From Candidatus Eiseniibacteriota bacterium (lineage in GTDB: Bacteria > Eisenbacteria > RBG-16-71-46): 64,000 nucleotides of DNA. This document shows positions 33,271 through 46,937 of the stretch, one piece after another. Each line of letters starts with the position of its first letter. The first letter of the stretch is position 1. The position numbers and the translations under genes were made by a program. Where the stretch lies: positions 1,730-65,729 of the forward strand of contig VBOY01000031.1 in the NCBI GenBank assembly GCA_005893295.1. The letters run 5' to 3'. The notes under the pieces were generated by a model, which made no database searches, was not told the origin of the DNA, and saw only the letters and a program-made list of their open reading frames with translations.

Positions 33271-33372
33271 CATTTTCGGCGAATGCCGTCAGAATCGGCG
33301 AACACATGGATCTTGAAGTCGTGACAGGCGAAAGCTACGGCCAACGGCGCCACGTTCGCCATTATCGGCGAA
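33271..33372. repeat. Three copies of (A/T)TCGGCGAA, within two copies of GCCATT(T/A)TCGGCGAAT, in the pyrR to PP2C spacer
   Basis: Copies at 33276-33283, 33295-33302 and 33365-33372. The third lies inside the inverted repeat TTCGCC-6nt-GGCGAA. Confidence 0.4.
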
Positions 33373-33633
33373 TCATGTCCATCCTAGCGCCACGGGTGGC
33401 GCCACCATGGCGCGCGATTTCATTGATTTACGGACTCTTACGATGAGTCCGCCTGCCGCTCCTCGTGGCATGCGACATGCTGAGCGTGATGGCCCGAGGC
33501 ATCGGCATTCCATCTCGACGGATGGGGAGGGGGCGTTGGCCGAATTCCGCGACTTGCCGGCTTGGATCGCGACCAGCTCACAGGCCGCGGACCATGGCAC
33601 GTCCGGCGCTTTCGCACGCCGCGAGGGCTGGCA

Positions 33634-34897
33634 ATGAGTCCCGAGCGGCCGCACTCGGGGAACGCTCGCGCGCCGGTCGGTGATCGGCCGCGTCCGGGAG
33701 CGGCCGAGGACCTTGAGCTGGCGCAGCGGCGTCTCGAGGGAGCTTCGGCCCGAATTGGGCAGGAGTCCACGCTGGAGTTGGCTGGCACCGAGATGCTCTC
33801 GATCCTGATGCGCGGGACGTCCTCGTCCCGCGCATCTCTTTTGCTGGCCGACCCGGGAGTTGGCCGGCAAAGTCCTGGCCCCGGGCCGGCTCAGCATCTC
33901 GGACTGGGTGTTTCGCGAGAACCGGGGAGTCGTGCTCAACGGCGAGATCCGCGACGAGCGCTTCCGGGGGAGCGCGGGTCGCGACGCCATCGGCTCGGCC
34001 ATGTCCGTGCCCATCAAGGGACCCGGTGGCCCGATCGGCGTGCTCAACCTGGCACGCGGATCACCCGAGTTCAGCGACACCGAGTTGGCGGCCGTCGAGC
34101 GCCTGGTTGTCCCCGTCGCTCGCACGATCGAGCGGCTCAAGGAGCGGGCCCTGGCACAGCAGGCGCGGCTCGAGCTGTTGGCGGCGGTGGGCCGCACGTC
34201 GCACGACACGGTTCGCACCGAGGTGATCCACGCCGGACAGTTCGAGATGGCCGTGGCGCACGCGCCGAGCGTGGCCGTGTCGGGCGACCTCTGGGAGCAC
34301 ATCACGCATCCGGAGGGGGCCCAGGTCGTCATGCTGGCGGATGTCGCGGGGGAGGGCCCAATCGCGCTGCGTGACGGGGCGTTCGCGCGTGGTCTGCTCA
34401 CGGCGTTGGCCCGCAGCGGGCGCACGCCGGCCAAGGTCGCTTCCTCGATGAGCCGCGAGCTCCACATCCACTTGGACCCGGGTCGCTACGTGGCCGCCTG
34501 GATCGCGCGCACCTCGCCGGGTGGTGGCCTGATCTCCTGCAACGCCGGAATCCCGGCGCCGCTGTGGGTGCCGATCGAGGGAGGAGATCCCAAGTCGCTC
34601 GGCTCGGGCGGCCCGGCGCTGGGAGCAGTGGTGCAGCGCGACTACGAGCAAGAGATGATTCGCATGCTGTCGGGCGACGTGGTGGTCGCGGTGACCGATG
34701 GAACGATGAACGCCGCGGACGCGAGCGGCCAGAGCTTCGGCGCCGAGCGCATCTCCGAGCTGGCGATGGAGGGCCGGCGACAGCCCGCCGAGCGACTGGC
34801 CGACACGATCTGCCAAGCCGCGCTGGCCTTCGCCGGCAGCTTCCGGCCCCCCGACGACCTGGTGGTGATGGTGTTGCGCTACGTGCGAGATCCGTGA
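33634..34897 (+). pseudogene. GAF-domain PP2C/SpoIIE-family serine phosphatase, frameshifted near 33853-33858 (extra G in CCGGG)
   Basis: The GAF N-terminus (TEMLSILMRGTSSSRASLLLADP) is in frame 1. The rest of GAF plus the PP2C domain (LADVAGEGPIA) is in frame 2 from 33860. Deleting one G restores ...LLLADPELAGKVLAPG. Confidence 0.65.
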
Positions 34898-35035
34898 GCA
34901 GCCTCGAGCCGCCAACGTCCCTGGCCTGCGGGCGCTCCCGCCTTGAAAGGCGCTCTGGCTTCGGATAAAGTGTGTTGAACTTCTGCCGCAATGATCCTTT
35001 AACGTGGCCCTGCGAGGCCGCGAAGGGAGCGTCCG

Positions 35036-36025
35036 ATGCCGTCAGCCACCGTCGAGACCCTCGCGCGAGGGAGCGCGGGGCTTTTTTTGTACCCGGACCG
35101 CCGCCACCTGCTGGGCCTCGAGGGCATCCCGCGCGACGAGCTGTTGGCCCTGCTCGAGGAAGCGCAGCGCTACCGGGCCATGCTCGACCGGCCTGGCGAA
35201 TCCACGCGCGAGCTCGCCGGGGTCACGGTCTGCAACGCCTTCTTCGAGAACTCCACGCGCACCCGCGTCTCGTTCGAGCTGGCCGAGCAGCGGCTCTCCG
35301 CCACCGCGGTCTCGTTCTCCGCGGCCGATTCGTCGACCGCGAAGGGCGAGACCCTGCTCGACACGCTGCGCGTGATCCAGTCGATGCGCGTCGATCTGGT
35401 CGCGGTGCGTCATGGCTCGTCGGGAGCGGCCTCGTTCCTAGCCCGCCACCTCGAGGCGGGTGTGATCAACGCTGGGGACGGCGCGCACGAGCATCCAACC
35501 CAGGGCCTGCTCGACCTGCTCACCCTGCGGCAGGCGTGGAACGGCCGCTTCGAGGGCCGGCGCATCGCGATCGTCGGCGATGTCGCCCACTCGCGGGTGG
35601 CCCGTTCCGCGTTCCACGGCCTCAGGGCACTCGGCGTGAAGGTGGCGGTGGCCGGGCCGGCCACGCTGATGCCGCGCGGCGTCGAGCGTCTCGGCGTGAG
35701 CGTGGCGGCCTCGCTGGAGGAGGCGATGGAGGGCGCCGACGCCGTGATGGCGCTCCGGCTGCAACGCGAGCGCATGGAGCAAGGCCTGCTCGCCTCCCTC
35801 GGCGAGTATGCCCGTGTCTTTGGCGTGAACGAGCGGCGCGTGCGGCTGATGAAGCCGGACGCGGTGGTGATGCACCCCGGGCCGATGAACCGTGGCATCG
35901 AGATCTCCCCCGCGGTGGCGGACGGCGAGCGCTCGGTGATCCTCGACCAGGTGACCAACGGCGTGGCGGTGCGCTGCGCGGTGCTCCTGCGCTGCGCGGC
36001 CGCGCTGGCGGGGAGGGCGCGGTGA
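35036..36025 (+). CDS. pyrB: Aspartate carbamoyltransferase catalytic subunit
   Basis: STRTR and HPxQ motifs, 329 aa. Confidence 0.9.
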   Translation: MPSATVETLARGSAGLFLYPDRRHLLGLEGIPRDELLALLEEAQRYRAMLDRPGESTRELAGVTVCNAFFENSTRTRVSFELAEQRLSATAVSFSAADSSTAKGETLLDTLRVIQSMRVDLVAVRHGSSGAASFLARHLEAGVINAGDGAHEHPTQGLLDLLTLRQAWNGRFEGRRIAIVGDVAHSRVARSAFHGLRALGVKVAVAGPATLMPRGVERLGVSVAASLEEAMEGADAVMALRLQRERMEQGLLASLGEYARVFGVNERRVRLMKPDAVVMHPGPMNRGIEISPAVADGERSVILDQVTNGVAVRCAVLLRCAAALAGRAR

Positions 36026-37347
36026 GCGAGCGTACCGAGATCCGCGGCGCGCGCCACTGGCGCACCGGAGAGCCGGTGGACGTGACGATCGAGGGGGGCG
36101 TGATCGCCAATGTGCGACCGGCCGGGGCCAAGGCGACCACCTCGGGGGCGATCGTCGAGGCCGCAGAGGCGATCCTCGCCCCGGGCCTGGTGGACATTCA
36201 CGTCCACCTGCGCGAGCCCGGGCAGTCCTCGAGCGAAACGGTCGAGAGCGGCGCGGCGGCGGCGGCGGCCGGCGGCTTCACCGCCGTGGCCTGCATGCCC
36301 AACACCAGCCCGGTGGTCGACAACCCGGGTTGGATCGCCTGGTTGCTCGCGCGCGCCCGCGGCGTACGGTGCCGGGTGCACCCGATCGCCGCGGTCACGG
36401 TGGGGCAGGCGGGTGAGCAGCTCACCGAGTTCGTGAGCCTCGAGGCGGCCGGCGCGGTGGCCCTCTCCGACGATGGCCGCCCGATCCAGTCGGCCGAGAC
36501 GATGCGCCGCGCGCTCGAATACGCGCGCCACACCCGGTTGCCGATCCTCTGTCACGAAGAGGATCTGACGCTGCGCGGGCAGGGCCAGATGAACGAGGGG
36601 GCGACCGCGACCCGGCTGGGGTTACGCGGCATCCCGAACGCGGCCGAGACCGTGATGGTGCGCCGGGACTTAGACCTGGTCGAGCTCACCGGCGGGCGCG
36701 TCCACTTCTGTCACCTCTCGTGCGAGGGGTCGTTCGGGGCGGTGCGCGACGCGAAGCGCCGTGGCCTCGAGGTCACCGCCGAGACCTGCCCGCACTACTG
36801 GACGCTCACCGACGAGGCGTTGATCGACTTCGACACCCACGCGAAGATGAACCCGCCGTTACGCTCCGAGCGCGATCGCGACGCCACGATCGAGGCAATC
36901 GGGGACGGGACCATCGACTGTTTCGCCACCGACCATGCGCCGCACACGCTCGAAGACAAGCGGCAGCCGTTCGATCAGGCGCCGTTCGGGATCGTCGGGT
37001 TGGAGACCGCGTTGGGGCTCACGATCACCCAACTGGTGAAGCCCGGGTGCCTCACGCTCGAGCGAGCCCTCGAGTTGTGGACCGAGGCTCCGCGGCGCGT
37101 GCTCGGGCTGCCCGAGGTGCGCCTCGAGCCCTCGTTCCCCGCGGACCTCGTGCTCCTCGATCCGCACGCCTCATGGACCGTGGATCCGGAACGCTTCCGC
37201 TCGCTCGGGCGCAACACTCCGTTCGGCGGCTGGACCCTCACGGGAAGGGCACTCGCCACCTGGTGCGGTGGGGTGCTGACCCACATGGTCCCGGGTCTCG
37301 GGGCAGAGGGGCGCCATGCCCGGCCCGCCGGGGCGGGAGCGCGATGA
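36022..37347 (+). CDS. pyrC: Dihydroorotase
   Basis: [11 protein letters not shown] metal-binding motif. GTG 36022 overlaps the pyrB stop. Confidence 0.85.
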   Translation: MSERTEIRGARHWRTGEPVDVTIEGGVIANVRPAGAKATTSGAIVEAAEAILAPGLVDIHVHLREPGQSSSETVESGAAAAAAGGFTAVACMPNTSPVVDNPGWIAWLLARARGVRCRVHPIAAVTVGQAGEQLTEFVSLEAAGAVALSDDGRPIQSAETMRRALEYARHTRLPILCHEEDLTLRGQGQMNEGATATRLGLRGIPNAAETVMVRRDLDLVELTGGRVHFCHLSCEGSFGAVRDAKRRGLEVTAETCPHYWTLTDEALIDFDTHAKMNPPLRSERDRDATIEAIGDGTIDCFATDHAPHTLEDKRQPFDQAPFGIVGLETALGLTITQLVKPGCLTLERALELWTEAPRRVLGLPEVRLEPSFPADLVLLDPHASWTVDPERFRSLGRNTPFGGWTLTGRALATWCGGVLTHMVPGLGAEGRHARPAGAGAR

Positions 37348-38472
37348 GGCGACCACCGGCGGTCCTGGCGCTCGAAGACGGCACGGTCTTTCGCGGCGAG
37401 TCGTTCGGCGCCGCCGTGGAGACGACCGGCGAGGTGGTGTTCAACACTGCGATGACGGGCTACCAGGAAGTCTTGAGCGATCCCTCGTACTGCGGGCAGA
37501 TCGTCACCTTCACCTACCCTCTGATCGGCAACTACGGGGTGAACGGCGAGGACTGGGAGAGCGACCGCTTCCGCGCCCAGGCCATGGTGTGCCGCGAGGT
37601 GTGCGATCACCCGAGCAACTGGCGGTCGGCCGGGCGCCTCGAGGATCTGCTGGACGCCCGCGGCGTGCCGGGCATCTGCGGCATCGACACACGCGCGCTG
37701 ACCCGCCACCTGCGCGACCGTGGAGTGATGCGCGGCTGTCTCTCGGCGACCGACCTCGATGCCGCCTCGCTGGTCGAGGGCGCTCGCCGACCTGGTGACC
37801 TGCACCGAGCGCTATTGGTGGACCGCGGCGGGTCCCGCGGAATCCTCCGATCCCAACGACGACGGGCGGCCGTTGGCCGTGGTCTACGATTTCGGCGTCA
37901 AGTACAACATCTTGAGGCGCCTGCGCGCCGCAGGCTTTCGCGTGTGGGTCGCGCCCGCGCGCACCAGCGCGCGCGAGGTGCTGGCGATGGAACCCGATGG
38001 AGTCGTGCTGTCGAACGGCCCCGGCGATCCCGAGCCGCTCGACTTCGCGATCCAAGCAGCGCGCACGGTGGCCGAGTCGGTGCCGACGCTCGGGATCTGC
38101 CTCGGCCATCAGCTGCTCGGGCTGGCCTTCGGGGGGCGCACCGGCAAGCTCAAGTTCGGCCATCGCGGGATCAACCACCCGGTGATCGACCGGCGCAGCG
38201 GTGTCGTCGAGGTGACCTCTCAGAACCACGGCTTCTTCGTGGACATCGGCTCGCTCCCCCAGGGGGAGTTCGAGGTGACGCACGTGAGCGGGAACGACCA
38301 GACGCTCGAGGGCATGGTGCATCGCGGGCTTCCGGTGCTGTCGTGCCAGTACCACCCCGAGGCAAGCCCCGGGCCCCACGACGCGCGTCCCTGGTTCCGG
38401 GCGTTCGCCGAGCGGGTGGCCGAGCGTCGCAAGGCGACGCCGGTGCCGGTGGGCGCGGGGCGCCGCGAATGA
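37344..38472 (+). pseudogene. carA: Carbamoyl-phosphate synthase small subunit, frameshifted near 37784-37790
   Basis: The N-domain is in frame 0 (to ...SLVEGAR). The GATase domain ([11 protein letters not shown]...[15 protein letters not shown]...GICLGHQ) is in frame 1. Removing one C from CGCC restores the frame. Confidence 0.75.
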
Positions 38473-38512
38473 GCGCGCGCGTCTCGCGGATCACCGAGGG
38501 AGGGCCCTAGCG

Positions 38513-41743
<3,231 letters not shown>

Positions 41744-41757
41744 AGGAGCCGAGTTCG

Positions 41758-43569
41758 ATGATCCGCAGAGCGGCGAGAGGTCGATGGTCCTTCGTCGGCG
41801 CTCACGCGCGGCCGGCCCTTCTGCTCGCGCTGCTCGCGCTGCTCGCGCTGCTCGCGGGCTCGTGCGCCTACTACAACACCTACTACATGGCGCGCAAGTA
41901 CTACGACAGGGCCACCCAAGGCGAGCCCTACGCGACGGAGGACATCTCCTCGACCGACCTGGTGAACTACAACAAGGCGGCGGACTACTCCAAGAAGGTG
42001 ATCGCCAACTACCCCAAAGACAAGTGGGCGGACGACGCTTACCTGTTGTGGGCACGCGCCCTGATCGGCAAGGAAGACCCCGAGCAAACCATCAAGATGC
42101 TGCGCGATTTCGACACCCGCTATCCCAAGAGCCCGTTGCGCGACGAGGCGGTGTTCTATCTCGGTCTGGGCGCCAAGCGGGCGCACAAGTACGAGGATGC
42201 CCTGGTCGCCCTGGACGAATTCCTGAAGCGCGCGCCCAAGCACCGGCTGGCCCCGTACGCGCTGCTCGAGCGCACCGACGCGCTCATGTCGCTCCGGCGT
42301 CCCGGCGAGGCGGTGGCGACCGCGACCCAGATGCTCGAGCGCTTCCCCAGGAGCAAGCTGCGTGGACGTGGGTTGGCCGCACGCGCCGAAGCGCTGCTCG
42401 CCGACGGCAAGCACGAGCAGGCACGGGCCGACTACCACGCGTTGGGGCAGCGCTCACGCACCGACGACGAGCGGTTCGAGTTCCTGCTCAAGGAGGCGGA
42501 TTGTCTCGAGAAAGGACGCAGCTACGCGGCCGAGATGGGTTTGCTCAGAGACGCCATGTCCCACGAGCTGGAGCCGGCGGCAGCCGACACCGGCCGCGCC
42601 GCTTCCAACTGGGTGCCGCAGCCTACCAACGAACGATACGCGCAACTGCTGCTCAGGATCGGCAGCGTGCACGCGCTCGAAGGTCGTCAGGCGGATGCGC
42701 TCGCCGCCTACCGACGCGTGCTCGCGAGCTTCCCGCATCTGCCGCTGGGGGCCGAGGCTCAATTTCGTATCGCGTACGTCTACGAGACACTCGCCGACGA
42801 TTTCGAGAAAGCGCGCACCGAGTACGGCAAGGTCCGCGATCAGTCCTCGGCGTCGCCGTTCGCGGTGCAGGCGAGCCAACGACTCGTGAACCTGGATCGC
42901 CTGACGCAGTACCGCGGGGCCGGCGTCGACTCGGTCGGCAAGAAGGTGGAAACGGGCTTGTTGCTCGCCGAGTTGTACTTGTTCCAGCTCGACAAGCCGG
43001 AGCGCGCGCTCGAGGAGTACCGCAAGATCGCCGCCAGCTACCCCGGCACGCCGCACGCCGCCAAGGCCATGAACGCTGAGGCGTGGGTGCTGCGGAACAA
43101 GCTCAAGAACTCGACCGCCGCGGATTCGCTGCTGTGGGCGGTGGTGCGCGGGTATCCGGGCACTGAACCCCAGGTCCAGGCGCGGGACTACCTCGAGTTC
43201 GCCGGCCAGGTGGTGCCGGCCGAGCTGATCAAGCTTCCCGAGTCGATGCTGGCCCGCGCGGACAGCGCCTCGCTCTCCGCCCCGCTCGTAAGCCCCGATC
43301 GGCCGGGGGGCGCGTTCGCGACCGGCGCCGATACCGTCCTGCGCCCGGATTTCTCGCGCCTGCGCGGCGTACCGCTCCAGGCGCGCCTGGGGTGGAACCC
43401 CCCGCCCAGGTTGCTGGTTCCGCCGCGCACCCCGCCGCTCGACGATCCGCCGCGCCCCGAAATCTCCCCGCGCGCGACCGCAGGCGGTGTGCCCGACAGC
43501 ACGGTGAGGCGGGCACCCTTGGCCGCGCCGCGGCCCGCCCCGCGCGACACGGTCCGGGGCCACCCGTGA
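41758..43569 (+). CDS. TPR-repeat lipoprotein (signal peptide LLALLALLALLAGSC)
   Basis: AAGGAG RBS before ATG 41758 (alternatively GTG 41740, overlapping the carB stop). Multiple TPR-like repeats and a Pro-rich C-terminus. Confidence 0.7.
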   Translation: MIRRAARGRWSFVGAHARPALLLALLALLALLAGSCAYYNTYYMARKYYDRATQGEPYATEDISSTDLVNYNKAADYSKKVIANYPKDKWADDAYLLWARALIGKEDPEQTIKMLRDFDTRYPKSPLRDEAVFYLGLGAKRAHKYEDALVALDEFLKRAPKHRLAPYALLERTDALMSLRRPGEAVATATQMLERFPRSKLRGRGLAARAEALLADGKHEQARADYHALGQRSRTDDERFEFLLKEADCLEKGRSYAAEMGLLRDAMSHELEPAAADTGRAASNWVPQPTNERYAQLLLRIGSVHALEGRQADALAAYRRVLASFPHLPLGAEAQFRIAYVYETLADDFEKARTEYGKVRDQSSASPFAVQASQRLVNLDRLTQYRGAGVDSVGKKVETGLLLAELYLFQLDKPERALEEYRKIAASYPGTPHAAKAMNAEAWVLRNKLKNSTAADSLLWAVVRGYPGTEPQVQARDYLEFAGQVVPAELIKLPESMLARADSASLSAPLVSPDRPGGAFATGADTVLRPDFSRLRGVPLQARLGWNPPPRLLVPPRTPPLDDPPRPEISPRATAGGVPDSTVRRAPLAAPRPAPRDTVRGHP

Positions 43570-44474
43570 GCGCGCTGGCGCTGCAGGAAAACGCAGCGCG
43601 CGCCCTGGCGTGGCGCCAGGTGACGGCCCGCGTCGCCCGGCACCAGGACTATGGCGCGGGTCACCGCTGGCTCGACCTGGTGCTGCCTGCGGTCGCTCCC
43701 CGCCCGCTCGCGGGACAGTTCGTCCAGCTGCTGCTCGAAGCGCCGTCCCCGGTGCTGCTGCCGCGCCCGATGAGCGTGGCCGCCGCCGCGACGCGCGGGG
43801 ACCGACTCGTGCTGGGCTTCCTGTACGCGCCGGTGGGTTCCGGGACGCGAACCCTGGCGGCGCTCGAGCCCGGCGATCACGTCGAGGTGCTGAGCCCGCT
43901 CGGGCGTGGCTACCCACTCGAGATCAAGGGAACGCCGGTGCTGGTGGCGGGAGGACGCGGCGTGGCGCCGCTGTTGTTCGCGGCGGACGCGCTCGCGCGC
44001 TCCGGGCGGCGTTGCGAATTCTTCTTTGGCGCCCGCGATCGCGGGCGCTTGGTGGGGCTCGAGGAGGCGCGACGCCGACTCGACCGCATGGGGAGTCGGC
44101 TCCACTTGGCGACCGACGACGGCAGCCGAGGATTCCATGGCACGGTGATGGACCTGCTCGACCGCGTCGCGTTGCGCCTGCCCCAGCCGCTCGTGATCCA
44201 CGCCTGCGGGCCGCACTCGATGCTCAAGGCGGTGGCGCGGTGGGGCACGGGGCACGGTGTGCCGGCGTACGTCGCGATGGAGTCGATCATGGCCTGCGGC
44301 ACCGGCGTGTGCCGGGGCTGCCCGCTGCCGCGCAGCAGCCAGGCCCGCGCCGCCTATGGTCGGTCGGGCGACGGCGTGCCGCCGTCGCTGCTCGGCAATC
44401 GTGACTACGCGATGTGCTGCACCGAAGGCCCGGTGTTCGCGGCCGAGGATCTGGACTGGGAGCGCGTGGAATGA
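43566..44474 (+). CDS. pyrK: Dihydroorotate dehydrogenase electron-transfer subunit
   Basis: FAD/NAD-binding fold plus a C-terminal 2Fe-2S Cys cluster (CGTGVCRGC). GTG overlaps the upstream stop. Confidence 0.8.
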   Translation: MSALALQENAARALAWRQVTARVARHQDYGAGHRWLDLVLPAVAPRPLAGQFVQLLLEAPSPVLLPRPMSVAAAATRGDRLVLGFLYAPVGSGTRTLAALEPGDHVEVLSPLGRGYPLEIKGTPVLVAGGRGVAPLLFAADALARSGRRCEFFFGARDRGRLVGLEEARRRLDRMGSRLHLATDDGSRGFHGTVMDLLDRVALRLPQPLVIHACGPHSMLKAVARWGTGHGVPAYVAMESIMACGTGVCRGCPLPRSSQARAAYGRSGDGVPPSLLGNRDYAMCCTEGPVFAAEDLDWERVE

Positions 44475-45511
44475 CGAAGCGACCGGGCCTCGCGGAGCGC
44501 TCGGACCCCACGGGGCCGCGTATCGGCTCCGTCGATCTCATGGTGCGCATCGGTCCCCTCACGCTGCTGAACCCGGTGCTCACGGCGTCGGGCACGTTTG
44601 GTTACGGAGACGAGTACGCCCACGTCGTGGATCTCGGCACCTTGGGCGGCGTCATCACCAAGACCGTGACCGTGAAGCCGCGCCCCGGCAATCCGCCGAC
44701 GCGCATCGCCGAGACGCCGGCGGGCATGCTCAATTCGATCGGGCTCGAGAACGTGGGCCTCGAGCGCTTCCGTCGCGAGAAGCTGCCCAAGCTGCGCGAG
44801 CTCGGAGCGGCCGTGGTAGCCTCGCTCGGGGGAGAGACGCCGCGCGAGCTGGCCCGCCTGATGGAAGCGTTGGGAGACGAGCCAGGAATCGGTGGCTTCG
44901 AGATCAACTTCTCGTGCCCCAACGTCTCCAAGGGCGGCGCGCGCTACTGGGCGGTCCCGCGCCGGCTCGAGCGCACGCTGCTCATGCTGCGCCCGCTGAC
45001 GCGCCGGGCGTTGATCGCCAAGCTGTCGCCCGACGTGACGTCGGTCGCGGACCTGGCCAAGGCCTGCGAGCAGGGGGGAGCGGATGCCGTGACCGCGGTG
45101 AACACGTTCGTCGGCATGTCGGTGGACCTGGACCACGTGCGCAATCGGCTGAATCGCTCGACCGGTGGTCTCTCGGGGCCGGCGATCAAGCCGCTCGCGC
45201 TCGCGCGCTGCTGGGAGGCGGCCGCGGCGGTCGCGATCCCGGTGATTGGATCGGGCGGCATCATGAGCGGGCGCGACGCGCTGGAGTTCATAGGGGTCGG
45301 GGCTGCCGCGGTGCAGGTGGGCACGTTGAGCTTCGTGCGACCGCGCGGCGCCGGCGAGGTGCTGGACGAAATGGTGGCCTGGCTCGTGGAGCGCGGGGTA
45401 CGCAGGCTCGACGATTGGCGCGGCTCGCTGGCGCCGCGCCCCGACGAGGCATGTGCTCCTCGACCCTCGCGCGGCACGCTGGCGGAGCGCCTTCGGCCGA
45501 GAAGGCGATGA
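44471..45511 (+). CDS. pyrD: Dihydroorotate dehydrogenase (class 1B) catalytic subunit
   Basis: NPVLTASGTFGYG and EINFSCPN motifs. Confidence 0.85.
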   Translation: MTKRPGLAERSDPTGPRIGSVDLMVRIGPLTLLNPVLTASGTFGYGDEYAHVVDLGTLGGVITKTVTVKPRPGNPPTRIAETPAGMLNSIGLENVGLERFRREKLPKLRELGAAVVASLGGETPRELARLMEALGDEPGIGGFEINFSCPNVSKGGARYWAVPRRLERTLLMLRPLTRRALIAKLSPDVTSVADLAKACEQGGADAVTAVNTFVGMSVDLDHVRNRLNRSTGGLSGPAIKPLALARCWEAAAAVAIPVIGSGGIMSGRDALEFIGVGAAAVQVGTLSFVRPRGAGEVLDEMVAWLVERGVRRLDDWRGSLAPRPDEACAPRPSRGTLAERLRPRRR

Positions 45512-46209
45512 CCGAGATCGCGATCGCCTTCGACGTCCCGGGCCTCGACGACGCGCTGGCCCTCGACGAGCAATTGGGGGCCGGGCCCGAGTACGCGAAG
45601 GTCGGGCTCGAGCTGTTCACCGCCGCCGGCCCCGAGGTGGTGCGCGCGCTGAAGGCCCGCGGGCGGCGGGTGTTCCTCGACCTCAAGCTGCACGACATCC
45701 CGAACACGGTGAAGCGAGCCGCGGCGTCCGCGGCTCGGCTGGGAGCGGACCTGCTCACCGTGCACGCGCTCGGCGGGGCTCCGATGGTGGCGGCTGCGGT
45801 GGAGGGGGCGAGGGGCGGGAACACGCGGGTGGTGGCGGTGACCATCCTCACCAGCTTCGACGCCTTCTCCCTTCCGCCTGGAATGAGCCATCCCTTCCAC
45901 GGCATGATCGTGATCCCTCAGCTCGCCGAGATGGCGATCGGAGCGGGCGCTCACGGTATCGTGTGCGCCGCGCGCGACCTGCCCTTCGTCCAGCAGTTCT
46001 GCCGCAAGCCCCTGTTCGCCGTGACCCCGGGGATTCGGCCCGCGGGGGCTCCGGCGCACGATCAGATTCGTGTCAGCACCGTCACGGAAGCGGTGCAATT
46101 GGGGTCGAGCCTGCTGGTGCTCGGCCGGCCGGTCACCGGCGCCCCCGATCCTGGTGCGGCTCTCGCGGCCGCGCGCGCCGAGCGCGACGCGGCGTTCGCT
46201 CCGGCGTGA
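45508..46209 (+). CDS. pyrF: Orotidine 5'-phosphate decarboxylase
   Basis: FLDLKLHDIPNTV motif. Confidence 0.85.
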   Translation: MTEIAIAFDVPGLDDALALDEQLGAGPEYAKVGLELFTAAGPEVVRALKARGRRVFLDLKLHDIPNTVKRAAASAARLGADLLTVHALGGAPMVAAAVEGARGGNTRVVAVTILTSFDAFSLPPGMSHPFHGMIVIPQLAEMAIGAGAHGIVCAARDLPFVQQFCRKPLFAVTPGIRPAGAPAHDQIRVSTVTEAVQLGSSLLVLGRPVTGAPDPGAALAAARAERDAAFAPA

Positions 46210-46343
46210 GCCGATGCTTCGATCAGGGGCGGGCGCCGTCCACGCTCTGTGGCTGCGCCTCGCGGGGTGGTCCTGTCTGAGGAGTGAGGGCCCAATTCCT
46301 TGCGGATCCTCGAGCTAGCCGACGCGACCGAGGCTCGCTTGGA

Positions 46344-46937
46344 ATGAGCGAGCCGCTGCGGCGTAACACTCCTGGGACGCGCGACGAATCCGACCTGGTA
46401 CGTGCCGCCCAGGCGGGTGACCCGGGAGCGTTCGATGAGATCGTGCGCCGGCATCAGCGGGGGGTCTACCGGATCGCCTATGGGCTCACCCGAAATGCGA
46501 GCGACGCAGACGATCTGGCCCAAGAGGCCTTCGTGCGCGCCTATGGCGCGATCGGGCGGTTTCGCCCCGGCGAGCCGTTGTTCCCTTGGCTGTCACGGAT
46601 CGTCACCAACCTGGCGTTCTCGCTCTTCCGCAGGCGCCGCAGGCGTCCCGAAACGCCGCTCGAGCCGTTGCTCGAGGCGGGCCGGCAGTGGGGCGTCGAG
46701 GACGACCCTGCCGACGCCGTGGCCGCGCGCGAGAGCGGCCGGCACGTGGAGGCCGCGTTCGATACCCTCACGCCCGAACACCAGGCGGTGCTGGTGCTGC
46801 GTGTGGTGGAAGAGATGCCTTACGAGGAGATGGCGGCCGCACTCGGGGTGCCGGTGGGCACCGTGATGTCACGACTGTCGCGCGCGCGCGCCGAGCTCAA
46901 GCGGCGGCTCGCGGCGCGTGTTTCGGAGGAGACGTGA
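46344..46937 (+). CDS. ECF (sigma-70 family) RNA polymerase sigma factor
   Basis: Sigma regions 2 and 4 (TVMSRLSRARAELKRRL). Confidence 0.85.
   Translation: MSEPLRRNTPGTRDESDLVRAAQAGDPGAFDEIVRRHQRGVYRIAYGLTRNASDADDLAQEAFVRAYGAIGRFRPGEPLFPWLSRIVTNLAFSLFRRRRRRPETPLEPLLEAGRQWGVEDDPADAVAARESGRHVEAAFDTLTPEHQAVLVLRVVEEMPYEEMAAALGVPVGTVMSRLSRARAELKRRLAARVSEET

Noticed and set aside
34898-35035. Possible PyrR-binding attenuator hairpin upstream of pyrB (CCAGAG on the opposite strand near 34960)
   Set aside because: Only a partial match to the UCCAGAGAGGCU loop consensus, and on the wrong strand. Not supportable without a covariance-model scan.
41800-41860. Tandem CTGCTCGCG x3 (LLALLALLA) DNA repeat
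   Set aside because: It encodes the hydrophobic core of a lipoprotein signal peptide. It is a coding-level repeat, not a regulatory or mobile element.
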